Shown here piece by piece: positions 46,762 to 57,038 of a DNA stretch of 64,000 nt. Each line of letters starts with the position of its first letter. The stretch's first letter is position 1. The notes under the pieces are model-generated. The model saw only the letters and a list, made by a program, of their open reading frames with translations. It had not been told where the DNA came from and made no database searches. The stretch is from NCBI GenBank assembly GCA_964478705.1, contig CAYZIR010000002.1, positions 23,760 to 87,759 on the forward strand, given 5' to 3'. The DNA comes from an uncultured Candidatus Saccharibacteria bacterium. GTDB lineage: Bacteria; Patescibacteriota; Minisyncoccia; Phycocordibacterales; EsbW-18. The position numbers and the translations under genes are program-made.

Positions 46762-47916
46762 ATGAAAATCGTATTAACCGGAGGAGGTTCAGGAGGACAT
46801 TTCTACCCTCTGATTGCCGTTGCGGAAGAAATCCGCCGTATTGCACGAGAAGAACACCTTCTTGAACCGACCCTTATCTACATGGCTGAGTCTGCATACG
46901 ATAAAGACGCGCTCTTTGAACACGATATTGAATTCAAGAAAGCCACCTCAGGAAAGCGTCGTGAATATGCATCGGTTCAAAACTTCTTTGATCTTTTCAA
47001 GCTCGGATGGGGGACACTACAAGCGTTGGTCAAGCTTTTCTTTATATTTCCTGACGTTGTATTCAGTAAAGGCGGATACGTGAGCGTGCCGATACTTATT
47101 GCCGCACGTTTTTTTGGCATTCCTGTCATCATCCATGAATCAGACAGTGTTATCGGTAAAGCGAGCGCATGGTCAGCACGCTTCGCAAAACGCATTGCGA
47201 TTTCATATCCTGAGACAGCGCTTGAATTTCAAAAACTTCTTTCACCAAAAAACAGAGATGCAAAAATTGCAGTTACAGGAAATCCTGTCCGCACTGAAGT
47301 ACTCACTCCTGCACAGACCGGTGCGCGCGAATTCTTGAATCTCAAGGAAAATCTACCGGTTATTGTTGTCTTCGGAGGCTCACAGGGTGCCAAAGCGATC
47401 AACGAAATCATTGTTGAAGCACTTCCACAGTTAACTGAACGTGCCTATGTCATTCACCAGACAGGAAAGGATCATTTTGAGATTACCAAAGAAACCGCAC
47501 GCTTGGCACTTCCTGACGTACAGATGTTTGAACGATATAAACCATTTCCATTTTTGAATGTCCTCGCGCTTCGTATGACAGCGGGAGTTGCCGACATCAT
47601 CATCTCACGCGCAGGATCGGGAGGAATTTTTGAAATCGCAGCGTGGGGCAAACCATCGCTTATCATCCCAATTCCTGAAGATGTAAGTAGAGATCAGAGA
47701 AGCAACGCCTTTTCTTATGCTCGCACCGGAGCTGCCATTGTGATGGAGCAGGCGAACCTTACCCCACATCTTATCGTCTCTGAAGTAACACGAATTCTCG
47801 ATGACGCACAACTTCGCGAACAAATGAGCAATGCAGCAAAAGCGTTCGCGCGCCCTGATGCATCCACAAAAATTGCACGAGAAATTCTTGACTTGGCACT
47901 TGAACACGAAAAATAA
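46762..47916 (+). CDS. murG: UDP-GlcNAc:lipid I N-acetylglucosaminyltransferase MurG
   Basis: GGSGGHFYPLIAV glycine-rich loop; TGCTACACT 7 nt upstream. Confidence 0.85.
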   Translation: MKIVLTGGGSGGHFYPLIAVAEEIRRIAREEHLLEPTLIYMAESAYDKDALFEHDIEFKKATSGKRREYASVQNFFDLFKLGWGTLQALVKLFFIFPDVVFSKGGYVSVPILIAARFFGIPVIIHESDSVIGKASAWSARFAKRIAISYPETALEFQKLLSPKNRDAKIAVTGNPVRTEVLTPAQTGAREFLNLKENLPVIVVFGGSQGAKAINEIIVEALPQLTERAYVIHQTGKDHFEITKETARLALPDVQMFERYKPFPFLNVLALRMTAGVADIIISRAGSGGIFEIAAWGKPSLIIPIPEDVSRDQRSNAFSYARTGAAIVMEQANLTPHLIVSEVTRILDDAQLREQMSNAAKAFARPDASTKIAREILDLALEHEK

Positions 47917-47964
47917 GAGGCGCGGATTATAGCATCTGCCAGCAGGAACACGGTTCAGAAAGCC

Positions 47965-47992
47965 TATTTTTAGGCCTTTTTATTGAACCCTC
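47965..47992 (+). terminator. terminator of murG
   Basis: AAGCCTA-ttttt-AGGCCT followed by TTTTTATT. Confidence 0.5.
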
Positions 47993-48019
47993 AAAAGGCT
48001 TGACAAATGAAATGGAACT
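47993..48019 (+). promoter_or_regulatory. sigma70-type promoter
   Basis: TTGACA, 16-nt spacer, TATACT. Confidence 0.6.
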
Positions 48020-48029
48020 GCTATACTAC

Positions 48030-48385
48030 CTCTGGAGGGTTGGTTGGCGCTGGAGACGTCCGACGCAATCTTCTTTCTTTGGATACACCAGCCTACGGGG
48101 TCCAAGGAATCTGACGTAAAAGAAAGGCTACTCGCGGGGGTGCTCTAATTGAGATTAGACTTGGCCACCCCTTCGAGGAATTTGTTCTTCCGGCACTTGT
48201 ACCCCTCGCGCAGAAACAAAAGCGGAGCTTACGGACAAGCCAGCCGACCAATGCCAAGTCACCCCCACCTTCATCTGTGTCCGGGAGGAAGGGGGTTCAG
48301 AGGCTCTGTCTAACTTTGTCTCTGCGTTGTGGACACGCTTTGCCCCCACGGCTCCTCCAAGCCGTGGGTTTTTCTTTTATCTGAA
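48030..48385 (+). ncRNA. candidate non-coding RNA of about 355 nt with a tmRNA/tRNA-like 3' end (class unresolved)
   Basis: Promoter-to-terminator unit with no ORF; 3' end GGGGGUUCA...CCCCCACGGCUCCUCCA resembles the tmRNA T-arm and acceptor 3' strand; terminator CCCACGGCT-cctccaa-GCCGTGGG + TTTTTCTTTT. Confidence 0.35.
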
Positions 48386-48414
48386 AGCATAAAAATTATG
48401 CTAAAATGGTTGTT

Positions 48415-49731
48415 ATGACCAAGGTTATTACACGCTTTCCACCGTCTCCGACAGGACTTTTTCATATCGGTAGCGCACGAACCGCACTTTTTAACTATCT
48501 TTTTGCACGCCAGAACAAGGGTGAGTTTTTGATGCGATTTGAAGACACCGACAAAGAGCGAAGCAAACGAGAGTTCGAGGACGATATCCTCAAAAGCCTC
48601 ACATGGCTTGGGATTACTGCAGACAATGCTGATATTCCTCGTCAATCTGAACGTACAGCACTCTATCAAGAGTACTTACAAAAACTGATTGCATCGGGTG
48701 GTGCATACGAGGGAGAAAAATCAGAGAAAGGGGAGGGAAACGTAATCCGTTTCAAAAATCCGAATACAACCATCACCTTCAGTGATGTCATTCGAGGCGA
48801 CGTGACGGTCGACACCACTGACCTCGGTGATTTTGTGATTGCACGAAGCGCAGACGAGCCAATCTACCACTTCACGGTTGTCGTCGATGACATCCTTGCA
48901 GGCGTCACTCACGTAATTCGCGGAGAAGATCATGTATCGAATACTCCACGCCAAATTTTGATCCTTGAAGCTCTTGGCGGAACACGACCGGTCTACGCAC
49001 ATATTCCACTCATCCTTGGTCCTGATAAAGCAAAACTTTCAAAACGCCACGGCGCTGCATCAGTGAACGAATATAAAGCACTTGGGTATCTCCCTGAAGC
49101 GATTATTAACCATCTCGGGCTTCTCGGATGGCATCCAAGCACCGATCAAGAGTTCTTTACCATAGAAGAGCTTACAGCACTTTTCACCATTGATCGTGTT
49201 CAAAAAGCGCCCGCGGTGTTTGATATCCAGAAATTAAACGATCTCAATCGCCAACACCTTGCAAAACTATCTAACGAGGACTTTCTTGCTGTTGCGGACC
49301 CATTCATTCCTCCATCGATTAATCGAGCAAACCTCATAAATTTGCTTCCAAGTATTCGTGAACGTGTGACACTGCTCTCAGAACTTCAAACACTGTTGAC
49401 GGACGGAGGAGAGCTTTCTTTTGCCTTTGGGCTCGGAACATACGACTCGGAAAAATTAATCTGGAAAGATAGTTCAAGGGAAGAAACGCTCGAGCATCTC
49501 GTCTACGTACAAAAAGTCATTGAAGATCTTCCTGACTCATGCGAATCATCTGTAGTAAAAAATGCCTTGTGGCCGTATGCGGAAGAAAAAGGAAAGGGGA
49601 ATGTGCTCTGGCCACTTCGTTTCGCGTTGACCGGTAAAGAAAAATCTCCTGATCCTTTCACCGTAGCAGGAATTCTTGGTAAAAAAGAAACGCTCGCTCG
49701 TATTGCATTCGCCATTCAATCTCTTGCATAA
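48415..49731 (+). CDS. gltX: glutamyl-tRNA synthetase
   Basis: HIGS variant and KLSKR motifs; TGCTAAAAT -10 element overlaps ATG 48406, so start placed at ATG 48415. Confidence 0.9.
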   Translation: MTKVITRFPPSPTGLFHIGSARTALFNYLFARQNKGEFLMRFEDTDKERSKREFEDDILKSLTWLGITADNADIPRQSERTALYQEYLQKLIASGGAYEGEKSEKGEGNVIRFKNPNTTITFSDVIRGDVTVDTTDLGDFVIARSADEPIYHFTVVVDDILAGVTHVIRGEDHVSNTPRQILILEALGGTRPVYAHIPLILGPDKAKLSKRHGAASVNEYKALGYLPEAIINHLGLLGWHPSTDQEFFTIEELTALFTIDRVQKAPAVFDIQKLNDLNRQHLAKLSNEDFLAVADPFIPPSINRANLINLLPSIRERVTLLSELQTLLTDGGELSFAFGLGTYDSEKLIWKDSSREETLEHLVYVQKVIEDLPDSCESSVVKNALWPYAEEKGKGNVLWPLRFALTGKEKSPDPFTVAGILGKKETLARIAFAIQSLA

Positions 49732-49734
49732 GTA

Positions 49735-51030
49735 ATGAATTACTTCCGCACCACATTTTGTATTGCACTTGTAACGCTTCTCTTGGTGAGCGGTGGCAAC
49801 AACGTGAATGCCCAAGATGTCGATGAGCTCCGCGATAAAATCAACGAGGCGGAACAGCAAATCGATAAATTAAATGACGAGATTGCAGTGCTTGAAAAAG
49901 AGCTTCAGAAGGTTGGTGCGGATCGTTCAACACTCGAGGCTGCAATACAAGCGTTAAACCTTACGCGTCAAAAACTTCTCTCGGATATCACACTCACACA
50001 AAAGAAAATCGAACAGACAGGGTATTCCATCAAACAACTGGGGATCGAAATAAGCGACAAGGAAGCAAAAATTGAGCGCAACAATACAATACTCGGAAAT
50101 GCGCTTCGCACCGTACAAGCGGCAGACGATCAATCATTGATTGAAACCATACTCGCATACGACTCGCTCTCTGAATTGTGGGTTGAACTTGACCAACTTG
50201 AGACCATACAAGATATCGTGCGCGACCAATTAATCGAACTCCGAGGACTTAAAAGTGAATTGGAATCTGAAGAAGCAAAAGAGCGTCGTGCCCATGAAGA
50301 TTTGAGCACATACAAAAGCAAGCTCGATGGTCAAAAGAAAGTGATTGAAGAAAATAAGAAAGAAAAAGACTCACTCCTTGCAACAACCAAAAGTACTGAA
50401 GCGGCGTACCAAGCGCTCCTCGAACAAAAACGTCTCGCTCGTCAGCAGTTTGAAAGTGCGATGCAAGAATTTGAATCACAGCTTGAATATGCGCTCGATC
50501 CGTCCCGATTGCCGAAAGAGGGAACCAGTATTCTTTCGTGGCCAGTTGAATCACCTGAGATTACGCAGGGCTTTGGATTGACCTCATTTGCGCGAAACGG
50601 AGCATATGGATATGACAAGGCGGGAAACCCAAATCCGCACCGTGGAATCGATTTTAGAGCCTCTGTGGGCACACCATTGCTCTCAGCGGGCTCAGGAACC
50701 GTTAGGGACGCTGTGGATATGGATAAAACCCCTGGATGCTACTCGTACGGCAAATGGATCCTCGTAGATCACGATAACGGCCTCTCAACGCTTTACGCAC
50801 ACCTCTCTGTTATGAGTGTTTCTGCAGGGGATTATGTGAAGCAAGGACAAATCATCGGCTACGCAGGTGCAACTGGCTATGCAACGGGGCCACACCTGCA
50901 TTTTACGGTCTTTGATCAAGAAGCGGTTAAAGTCGCTCCATTCTCATGGAGTAATGGATGTAAAAACACCAAAATTGCCTACGCGCCATTTGAAGCATAC
51001 TTGAATCCGCTCTCATATCTGCCACAATAA
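49735..51030 (+). CDS. M23 family metallopeptidase with an N-terminal coiled-coil (EnvC-like)
   Basis: Signal/TM, long coiled-coil, HRGIDF...HLHF M23 motifs. Confidence 0.8.
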   Translation: MNYFRTTFCIALVTLLLVSGGNNVNAQDVDELRDKINEAEQQIDKLNDEIAVLEKELQKVGADRSTLEAAIQALNLTRQKLLSDITLTQKKIEQTGYSIKQLGIEISDKEAKIERNNTILGNALRTVQAADDQSLIETILAYDSLSELWVELDQLETIQDIVRDQLIELRGLKSELESEEAKERRAHEDLSTYKSKLDGQKKVIEENKKEKDSLLATTKSTEAAYQALLEQKRLARQQFESAMQEFESQLEYALDPSRLPKEGTSILSWPVESPEITQGFGLTSFARNGAYGYDKAGNPNPHRGIDFRASVGTPLLSAGSGTVRDAVDMDKTPGCYSYGKWILVDHDNGLSTLYAHLSVMSVSAGDYVKQGQIIGYAGATGYATGPHLHFTVFDQEAVKVAPFSWSNGCKNTKIAYAPFEAYLNPLSYLPQ

Positions 51031-51051
51031 GAAGAAAGAAAATCACGAATC

Positions 51052-51396
51052 ATGAAGCACGAATCATGTAACATGGAACATACAACGCGGAATACGGAAC
51101 ACGGAACATATACCATAGAACAGGCTACACGTTTTGCGCTTCATAACCGAAGGGGATTCATTAAAATTATTTTACTCATCGTCATCGGTCTCGTGGTGCT
51201 TGGATACTTTGGTTTGAACATCAAAGACATCCTCGCGTCACCCGTCGTCAAAGAGAATCTTGCCTATGCATGGGAACTTGCAAAGACACTCTGGGCGAAT
51301 TACCTCCAGGCACCCGCACAGTGGGTATGGGAACACCTTATTAAGTTCCTCTGGAACCTCTTTTTGGAAGGCTTAGGAAATCTGAAGTCGAATTAG
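51052..51396 (+). CDS. hypothetical membrane protein
   Basis: One TM helix; the 5' end sits in a short tandem-repeat tract, so the true start is uncertain. Confidence 0.35.
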   Translation: MKHESCNMEHTTRNTEHGTYTIEQATRFALHNRRGFIKIILLIVIGLVVLGYFGLNIKDILASPVVKENLAYAWELAKTLWANYLQAPAQWVWEHLIKFLWNLFLEGLGNLKSN

Positions 51397-51399
51397 TTT

Positions 51400-51897
51400 A
51401 TGAAACTCGAATCATCCGAGAATGTTTCGAGTAATCCGCTCCATCAAGCCTATGAGCTTATAGGTGTCACAACGATGCACGGTTTGTCACGTGCCTATAC
51501 CGCAGAGGATCAAAAATTAATGAAAGAAGGGAAGTGGGATTATGAAAATCCAGAACTTCTGACGAATAAAATTAAAATTCTTTTAGAAAAAATCGATCCG
51601 ACTACCCTATCTGAAGAAGAAAAAGAGTGGAGAGGGGAGATTCTTTGGTTCTGGTACCACCATGCCATTAGTTGTGCCATATCGAGATACAAGGATAAGG
51701 AACGCGCTCAAGAATACGTCGAGAAGGCTCTTGAATATCAAGATAATGATCATCCGAACAAAATAACGCGTCTTTTTTATTTTTTACTTCATGATGATTT
51801 AAAGGCAGCTGAAGATTTTGCCGAGGAGATAGAGAATGACAAAGAGACGGCGCAGTGGCTTATCGACGACTACGTTGCAGGAAAGTGGTTTGCTTAA
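51400..51897 (+). CDS. hypothetical protein
   Basis: AT-rich 165-aa ORF. Confidence 0.4.
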   Translation: MKLESSENVSSNPLHQAYELIGVTTMHGLSRAYTAEDQKLMKEGKWDYENPELLTNKIKILLEKIDPTTLSEEEKEWRGEILWFWYHHAISCAISRYKDKERAQEYVEKALEYQDNDHPNKITRLFYFLLHDDLKAAEDFAEEIENDKETAQWLIDDYVAGKWFA

Positions 51898-52035
51898 GCT
51901 TTGCAGGAACTTTATTACAGCGCATTATTTAGTCCTTATTTTAATATATAATGTGTCGCAAAAGATATATTGTGCGACGTTATCTATTTTGAAAAGCCGC
52001 ACAAAGAGGCCTTTGACATTCCTCCCCTCGCGTGG

Positions 52036-52476
52036 TCACTGACAGTTTTGTGCTTTCGTATATCCTGCTTGCTCTGCATCTTTCTCTGTAGCAAACCATA
52101 TTTTATTTTCCTCTTTGATGGTGCGAGCTCCAGGGCACCAAGGGAAGTGGTACTTGCTCCCATGCTTTGAAGCAACAATAGGCTCCGACGCTGACTTCCC
52201 TACCCCTCCTACCTGTGGTGCCTGTGTATCGTCTTTAGCGAGAGTATTTTCTTTGCATACTGTATTGACGCTGGCATTCGAGAAAACGTGCTCTATAACA
52301 ACTTCTGACGACTGTATCTCACCAACAGAAAGCCTACCTGTAGCAAAAGAGCCCACAGCGAGGCAAAGGCCGACCAGCACCGAGAGGAGCTCATCCCGAA
52401 CTGCCTCATCGTGAAGCCAGTATTTGCCTTTTTGCCAAAGCTCTGCTATATTTATGCGGTCTAATAACGCTTTCAT
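52036..52476 (-). CDS. membrane-anchored protein with an Ada-like metal-binding domain
   Basis: C-terminal YHFPWCPGAR...NKIWF...AGY...C matches the Ada N-terminal Zn-binding pattern (CPxAR..N..F..A..G[FY]..C). Confidence 0.45.
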   Translation of the reverse strand: MKALLDRINIAELWQKGKYWLHDEAVRDELLSVLVGLCLAVGSFATGRLSVGEIQSSEVVIEHVFSNASVNTVCKENTLAKDDTQAPQVGGVGKSASEPIVASKHGSKYHFPWCPGARTIKEENKIWFATEKDAEQAGYTKAQNCQ

Positions 52477-52548
52477 GTGGGTCAGATGTCCCTATCCGCA
52501 GGCTAGCATCACGATAGTAAAGACACTCTAAAATTTTAGGTAAATACT

Positions 52549-52821
52549 ATGGCACATAGAAAAGCTGGTGGAACAGCGCGAAACCTGCGAGATTCAAATC
52601 CGAAATTCCTCGGTGTGAAGATTGCTGACGGACAGACTGCAAAAGCTGGTGCGATTATCGTACGTCAGCGTGGTACACCTATCATGCCGGGCAAGAATGT
52701 CGACATGGGCAAAGACCACACGATTTTTGCTCTTAAAGCAGGAGTGGTGAAGTTCGGAACACGACGAAAAATTCGATACGACGGATCGAAAACGACACGA
52801 AAGATTGTCGACGTCATTTAA
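52549..52821 (+). CDS. rpmA: 50S ribosomal protein L27
   Basis: MAHRKAGG...IIVRQRGT L27 signature. Confidence 0.9.
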   Translation: MAHRKAGGTARNLRDSNPKFLGVKIADGQTAKAGAIIVRQRGTPIMPGKNVDMGKDHTIFALKAGVVKFGTRRKIRYDGSKTTRKIVDVI

Positions 52822-52826
52822 CAAAA

Positions 52827-52862
52827 ACTCTCCCCGCAAAACGGGGAGAGTTTTTGTTATGA
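52827..52862. terminator. bidirectional terminator between rpmA and rplI
   Basis: CTCTCCCCG-caaaa-CGGGGAGAG flanked by an A-run and TTTTTGTT. Confidence 0.7.
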
Positions 52863-52871
52863 AAAGAACTG

Positions 52872-53315
52872 CTACGCTTCGCGCTCAAGGAGTAGAGTGA
52901 CGGTTGCTCGTGCTCCGTGCGCAGAGAGCGTCACCTCATGTGTACCGATATTTTTTATACCATCAACAGGAACGAGATCATTTGCGATGCACACACCCAA
53001 TTGATCATAGATTGCACTTGCAATGGCATCTTTGTGGAGGCGTGCGAACAGATGGCCCTCATCGTTTGCTTTCATACGAATCGTAATCGATTTGCCATCG
53101 ATTGCTTTAAGCGACTCAACCACCTTACCTTCATTTTCTGCTTGATTTTTTGATTCGATTCCCTTCTTTGATTCGAGCTCACGACGCGCTGATGGCGTTG
53201 CGGCTTTTGCCATACCTTTCGGAATAAGAAAATTGATTGCGTATCCTTCAGATACCGTCACAACCTCGGCACGACGGCCTACTTTTGCGACATCTTTGAG
53301 CAGAATGACTTCCAT
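52872..53315 (-). CDS. rplI: 50S ribosomal protein L9
   Basis: MEVILLKDVAKVG N-domain. Confidence 0.9.
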   Translation of the reverse strand: MEVILLKDVAKVGRRAEVVTVSEGYAINFLIPKGMAKAATPSARRELESKKGIESKNQAENEGKVVESLKAIDGKSITIRMKANDEGHLFARLHKDAIASAIYDQLGVCIANDLVPVDGIKNIGTHEVTLSAHGARATVTLLLEREA

Positions 53316-53372
53316 AGTGTCTCCAGACTACTATGTAATGAAGCCGAAATCAAACGTTTGTATACCCTCGCA

Positions 53373-54593
53373 TTATAAGCCCGTAAGGAGGAATCTGACC
53401 GCTCGGTCAAACGGCGGATCCTGCTCCGCAAGAATATCTTCCTCAGTGCGAACTACTTCTATATCGGGGGTAAGACCTGCTTCTGAAATTGAAAGACCTT
53501 CGGGGGTGAGCCACTGTGCAATCGTCAATTTAAGTGCAGTATCATCGGTAACCGGAACAAGTTCTTGCACTGACCCTTTGCCGAATGTACGCTCGCCGAT
53601 GAGCGTCGCTTTCCCATTTTCACGAAGTGCGCCTGCAAGAATTTCTGACGCTGAGGCTGATCCTCTATCAACCAAAACTGCGAGGGTCACAGGCGTCTTA
53701 AGCAACGAGTACCCCTTGCTTCGGTGGACACTTTCTTCGACTCCCCCATCGAACGATTCGCGCACAACAATATCTCCCGCGGGCAAGAAGTAGCTTGCGA
53801 TATCAACCGCCGCATCGAGATAGCCACCCGGATTTCCGCGAAGATCAACGAGAAGTTTCGTACTTCCTGATTGTACAAACTCTTTCATCGCACCATAAAA
53901 TGCATTCGTTGCATTCGCATCGAAGTTATAGAGTGAGATAACAAAAACACCATCCGATCGCATCTCCGTATCAAGTGTTGGTATCACTATCTCAGCGCGG
54001 GTGATAGAGATGACCTCGGGCGCATCGGCACTTTCTCGCAGTGTGGTGAGTTTCACCACGGTGCCCGGCTCGCCTCGTATCAATCCAACCGCTTCATCCA
54101 CAGAAAGATCTCCCGTTGTTTTGCCATCAATTTCAAGAATCATATCTCCAGCGCGAATGCCAGCCATCTCAGCTGGGGTACCTTTGAGTGGCGCAATCAC
54201 CGTGATGATGTCATTTTCCTTACCAATCTCCATACCAACGCCACCAAAACTTCCGCCAATCATTTCTTCAAATTCTTTTGCTTCTTCCGGTGGGAGAAAT
54301 ACGGTGTACGGATCGCCAAGAGAGTTTGCAAGCCCTTCGATTGCACCCCATACCTTGTCTTGAGAAGGCGTTGACGTGCCGGTATCAGCATACTTTTCAT
54401 TGATAAGATTCCAGACCTCCCAGAAGGGCTCAAAATCGACGTCTGTAGGCGCGCCAAGATCCTTGTTATAGACATCGGTCACCGATTCACTTGGAAGTGA
54501 GCGCCGTTCCCCGACAATCATGCCGACATAGAAGACGGCGAGAAAAAGAAATCCTATGCACAGACGTCGTGTGAGCTTCGAAGGAGTCTTCAT
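53373..54593 (-). CDS. ctpA: carboxyl-terminal processing protease (S41)
   Basis: PDZ domain plus the S41 RGNPGGYL block. Confidence 0.85.
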   Translation of the reverse strand: MKTPSKLTRRLCIGFLFLAVFYVGMIVGERRSLPSESVTDVYNKDLGAPTDVDFEPFWEVWNLINEKYADTGTSTPSQDKVWGAIEGLANSLGDPYTVFLPPEEAKEFEEMIGGSFGGVGMEIGKENDIITVIAPLKGTPAEMAGIRAGDMILEIDGKTTGDLSVDEAVGLIRGEPGTVVKLTTLRESADAPEVISITRAEIVIPTLDTEMRSDGVFVISLYNFDANATNAFYGAMKEFVQSGSTKLLVDLRGNPGGYLDAAVDIASYFLPAGDIVVRESFDGGVEESVHRSKGYSLLKTPVTLAVLVDRGSASASEILAGALRENGKATLIGERTFGKGSVQELVPVTDDTALKLTIAQWLTPEGLSISEAGLTPDIEVVRTEEDILAEQDPPFDRAVRFLLTGL

Positions 54594-54637
54594 AGCACTT
54601 CAGTATCGCATGAAGTACAATTGAAGCAAAGAAAAAT

Positions 54638-55558
54638 ATGTCACTCGTACGACGAACATATAAAAAACTCACCTGGATTGATTGTGAGCGACCAACCCGC
54701 GATGAAATTACCTCTCTCATGGAGGAGTATAATATCGACCCCTTGGTTGCAGAGGAGCTGCTCTCTCCAACACGAAAGCCTCGAATCGAACGCTACGCAC
54801 AGCACCTTTTCCTGATTCTTCACTTCCCTGCCCTGCGTCACACTCATCGTTACGAACAGACATTGCAAGAAATCGATTTTGTTATCGGAAACACATTCCT
54901 CATTACCGTTCGATACGATGCGGTTGATGCCATTGAAAAATTCGCTCAAGTGTTTGAGACCAACGTTATCCTTGAACAATCACCTATCGGAGATACTGCC
55001 GGATACCTTTTCTACTTTCTTATCAAAAAACTCTACCACAGCCTCGAGCATGAGCTTGAATATATCGACAGCGGTCTTGAGGGAGTTGAGGGGCGTATCT
55101 TTGCCGGGAAAGAGCGCGCAATGGTTGCTGAACTATCTCTCGTCGGTCGCGACTTAGCCGATATCAGCAAAGCGGTCGGATACCATGAAGAGGTGTTGGC
55201 GTCCCTTGAACGATTTGGAGTGGTATTTTTTGGTGAACCATACCGTGACTACATGAAGCACATTATGAGCGAGTATCATCGTATCAAGCATCAATTATCT
55301 GCATCAAAAAACTTCTTTGACGAGCTCCGAGAAACCAACAATTCACTTCTTTCAACAAAACAAAATGAAGTGATGCAAACATTTACGGTTATGGCGTTCA
55401 TCACACTCCCCCTCTCACTGGTTGCGAGTGTCTTTGGTATGAATGTTGACCACACACCGATTGCTGGGCATCAATTCGACTTTTGGATCGTCGTCCTTCT
55501 CATGGCAATCCTTTCACTTGTGATGTTCTCTCTGTTCAAGTATCGTAAATGGCTCTAA
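54638..55558 (+). CDS. corA: CorA-family Mg2+/Co2+ transporter
   Basis: C-terminal two TM helices with a GMN motif. Confidence 0.85.
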   Translation: MSLVRRTYKKLTWIDCERPTRDEITSLMEEYNIDPLVAEELLSPTRKPRIERYAQHLFLILHFPALRHTHRYEQTLQEIDFVIGNTFLITVRYDAVDAIEKFAQVFETNVILEQSPIGDTAGYLFYFLIKKLYHSLEHELEYIDSGLEGVEGRIFAGKERAMVAELSLVGRDLADISKAVGYHEEVLASLERFGVVFFGEPYRDYMKHIMSEYHRIKHQLSASKNFFDELRETNNSLLSTKQNEVMQTFTVMAFITLPLSLVASVFGMNVDHTPIAGHQFDFWIVVLLMAILSLVMFSLFKYRKWL

Positions 55559-56931
55559 ACCCTATGCTGAAGCTCCATAATACCCTCACCCGCAGAAAGG
55601 AAGTCTTTGAATCGATTGCTCCCCAACACGTCGGAATGTACAACTGTGGCCCCACGGTCTATGACTATGTTCATATCGGTAACCTTCGCACCTATATTTT
55701 TTCAGATATTCTTCGTCGCACACTCATAAAAAACGGCTACGATGTGAAGCAGGTAATGAATATCACCGACGTCGGCCATCTCACCTCGGATGCCGATTCT
55801 GGCGAAGACAAAATGATGAAGGGTTTGAAGCGAGAAGGGCTACCCATCACGCTCGACGGAATGCAGAAACTTGCAAACATCTACACTGAAGCTTTTGTCG
55901 AAGACTCAGTATCTCTTAATCTTTTACCTCCCTCAGTGATGCCGAGAGCGAGCGAGCATATCGCGGAGCAGATTGCGCTTATCACCCAACTCGAAGCAAA
56001 AGGTCTTATCTACAGCACATCAGACGGTGTATATTTCTCCACAAAAGATTACGCAGAATACGGAAAGCTTGGTGGAATCAGTGAAAACGACGAAACATAC
56101 GGGCGCATCGAAGAAAATACAGAGAAGAGAGACAAGCACGATTTTGCCCTTTGGAAATTTAATACCGAGCTCGGTTGGGAGAGTCCATGGGGCAAAGGAT
56201 TCCCCGGTTGGCATGTAGAATGTTCTGCGATGAGCATGAAGTATCTTGGCGAAACATTTGATATTCACACCGGTGGTATCGATCACATTGCCGTCCACCA
56301 CAATAACGAGATCGCTCAATCAGAAGGAGCGTCAGGAAAACCTTTTGCTTATTTTTGGCTTCATGGCGCGTTTCTCAATGTGGACGATACAAAAATCGGA
56401 AAGTCAGCCGGCAACGGCATCACGCGGAAGGAACTTGAAACGAAAGGAATTACTCCCCTCGCCTACCGATATTTTATTCTCACCGCACACTATCGAAGTA
56501 CGGTGAACTTTACCTGGGAAGCGGTTGAAGCAGCACAAACTGCATTCAAGCGTCTCATTGAACGCATTACTGAACTCCCCGATGGTGGCGCGGTGCATCA
56601 AAACTACGACGCACGCTTTCTCGATGCAATCAATGACGACTTAAATACCCCGCAGGCGCTCGCGCTCGTCTGGGATTTATTGAAAGACTCTTCGGTCTCA
56701 GATGCCGATAAAAAAGCGACAATTCTCTCTTGGGATCAGGTCTTTGGACTTCGTCTTGGAGAGACACAAAACATTGTTATCCCTGAGGCAATAACCACTC
56801 TTCTTGGAAAACGCCGTCTTGCACGAGATGCTGGAGATTTCGCCACATCTGACACTCTTCGTGAAGAGATCGAAAAAGCAGGGTTCATCGTCAAAGATAC
56901 AGAAGAAGGCCAAAAAATAACGGTTCGATAG
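55549..56931 (+). CDS. cysS: cysteinyl-tRNA synthetase
   Basis: HIGN variant and KIGKS (KMSKS-type) motifs; overlaps the corA end by 10 nt. Confidence 0.9.
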   Translation: MALNPMLKLHNTLTRRKEVFESIAPQHVGMYNCGPTVYDYVHIGNLRTYIFSDILRRTLIKNGYDVKQVMNITDVGHLTSDADSGEDKMMKGLKREGLPITLDGMQKLANIYTEAFVEDSVSLNLLPPSVMPRASEHIAEQIALITQLEAKGLIYSTSDGVYFSTKDYAEYGKLGGISENDETYGRIEENTEKRDKHDFALWKFNTELGWESPWGKGFPGWHVECSAMSMKYLGETFDIHTGGIDHIAVHHNNEIAQSEGASGKPFAYFWLHGAFLNVDDTKIGKSAGNGITRKELETKGITPLAYRYFILTAHYRSTVNFTWEAVEAAQTAFKRLIERITELPDGGAVHQNYDARFLDAINDDLNTPQALALVWDLLKDSSVSDADKKATILSWDQVFGLRLGETQNIVIPEAITTLLGKRRLARDAGDFATSDTLREEIEKAGFIVKDTEEGQKITVR

Positions 56932-57038
56932 CCTTACCGGTAGAGATACAACGACGTTTCTTTTCCCCAGATAACGAACAGAATACTCCCCTATCCGTTT
57001 CCCATTCGTGAGACTGTTTTGTGCTACCATGGCGACAC

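Noticed and set aside
48030-48385. Assigning the 355-nt RNA confidently as tmRNA or RNase P RNA
   Set aside because: RNase P conserved blocks (GGAAAGUCCGG, GGUAAGAGCGCACC, ACAGAACCCGGCUUA) are absent. For tmRNA there is no clear tag ORF ending in a hydrophobic residue plus AA, and position 3 of the best acceptor pairing is A rather than G. It is kept as unresolved.
51040-51110. Short tandem repeats (CACGAATCATG x2, GGAACA x3) at the 5' end of ORF 51052
   Set aside because: Only 2-3 copies, lying inside a likely mis-extended N-terminus. There is no sign of a CRISPR array or a larger repeat structure.
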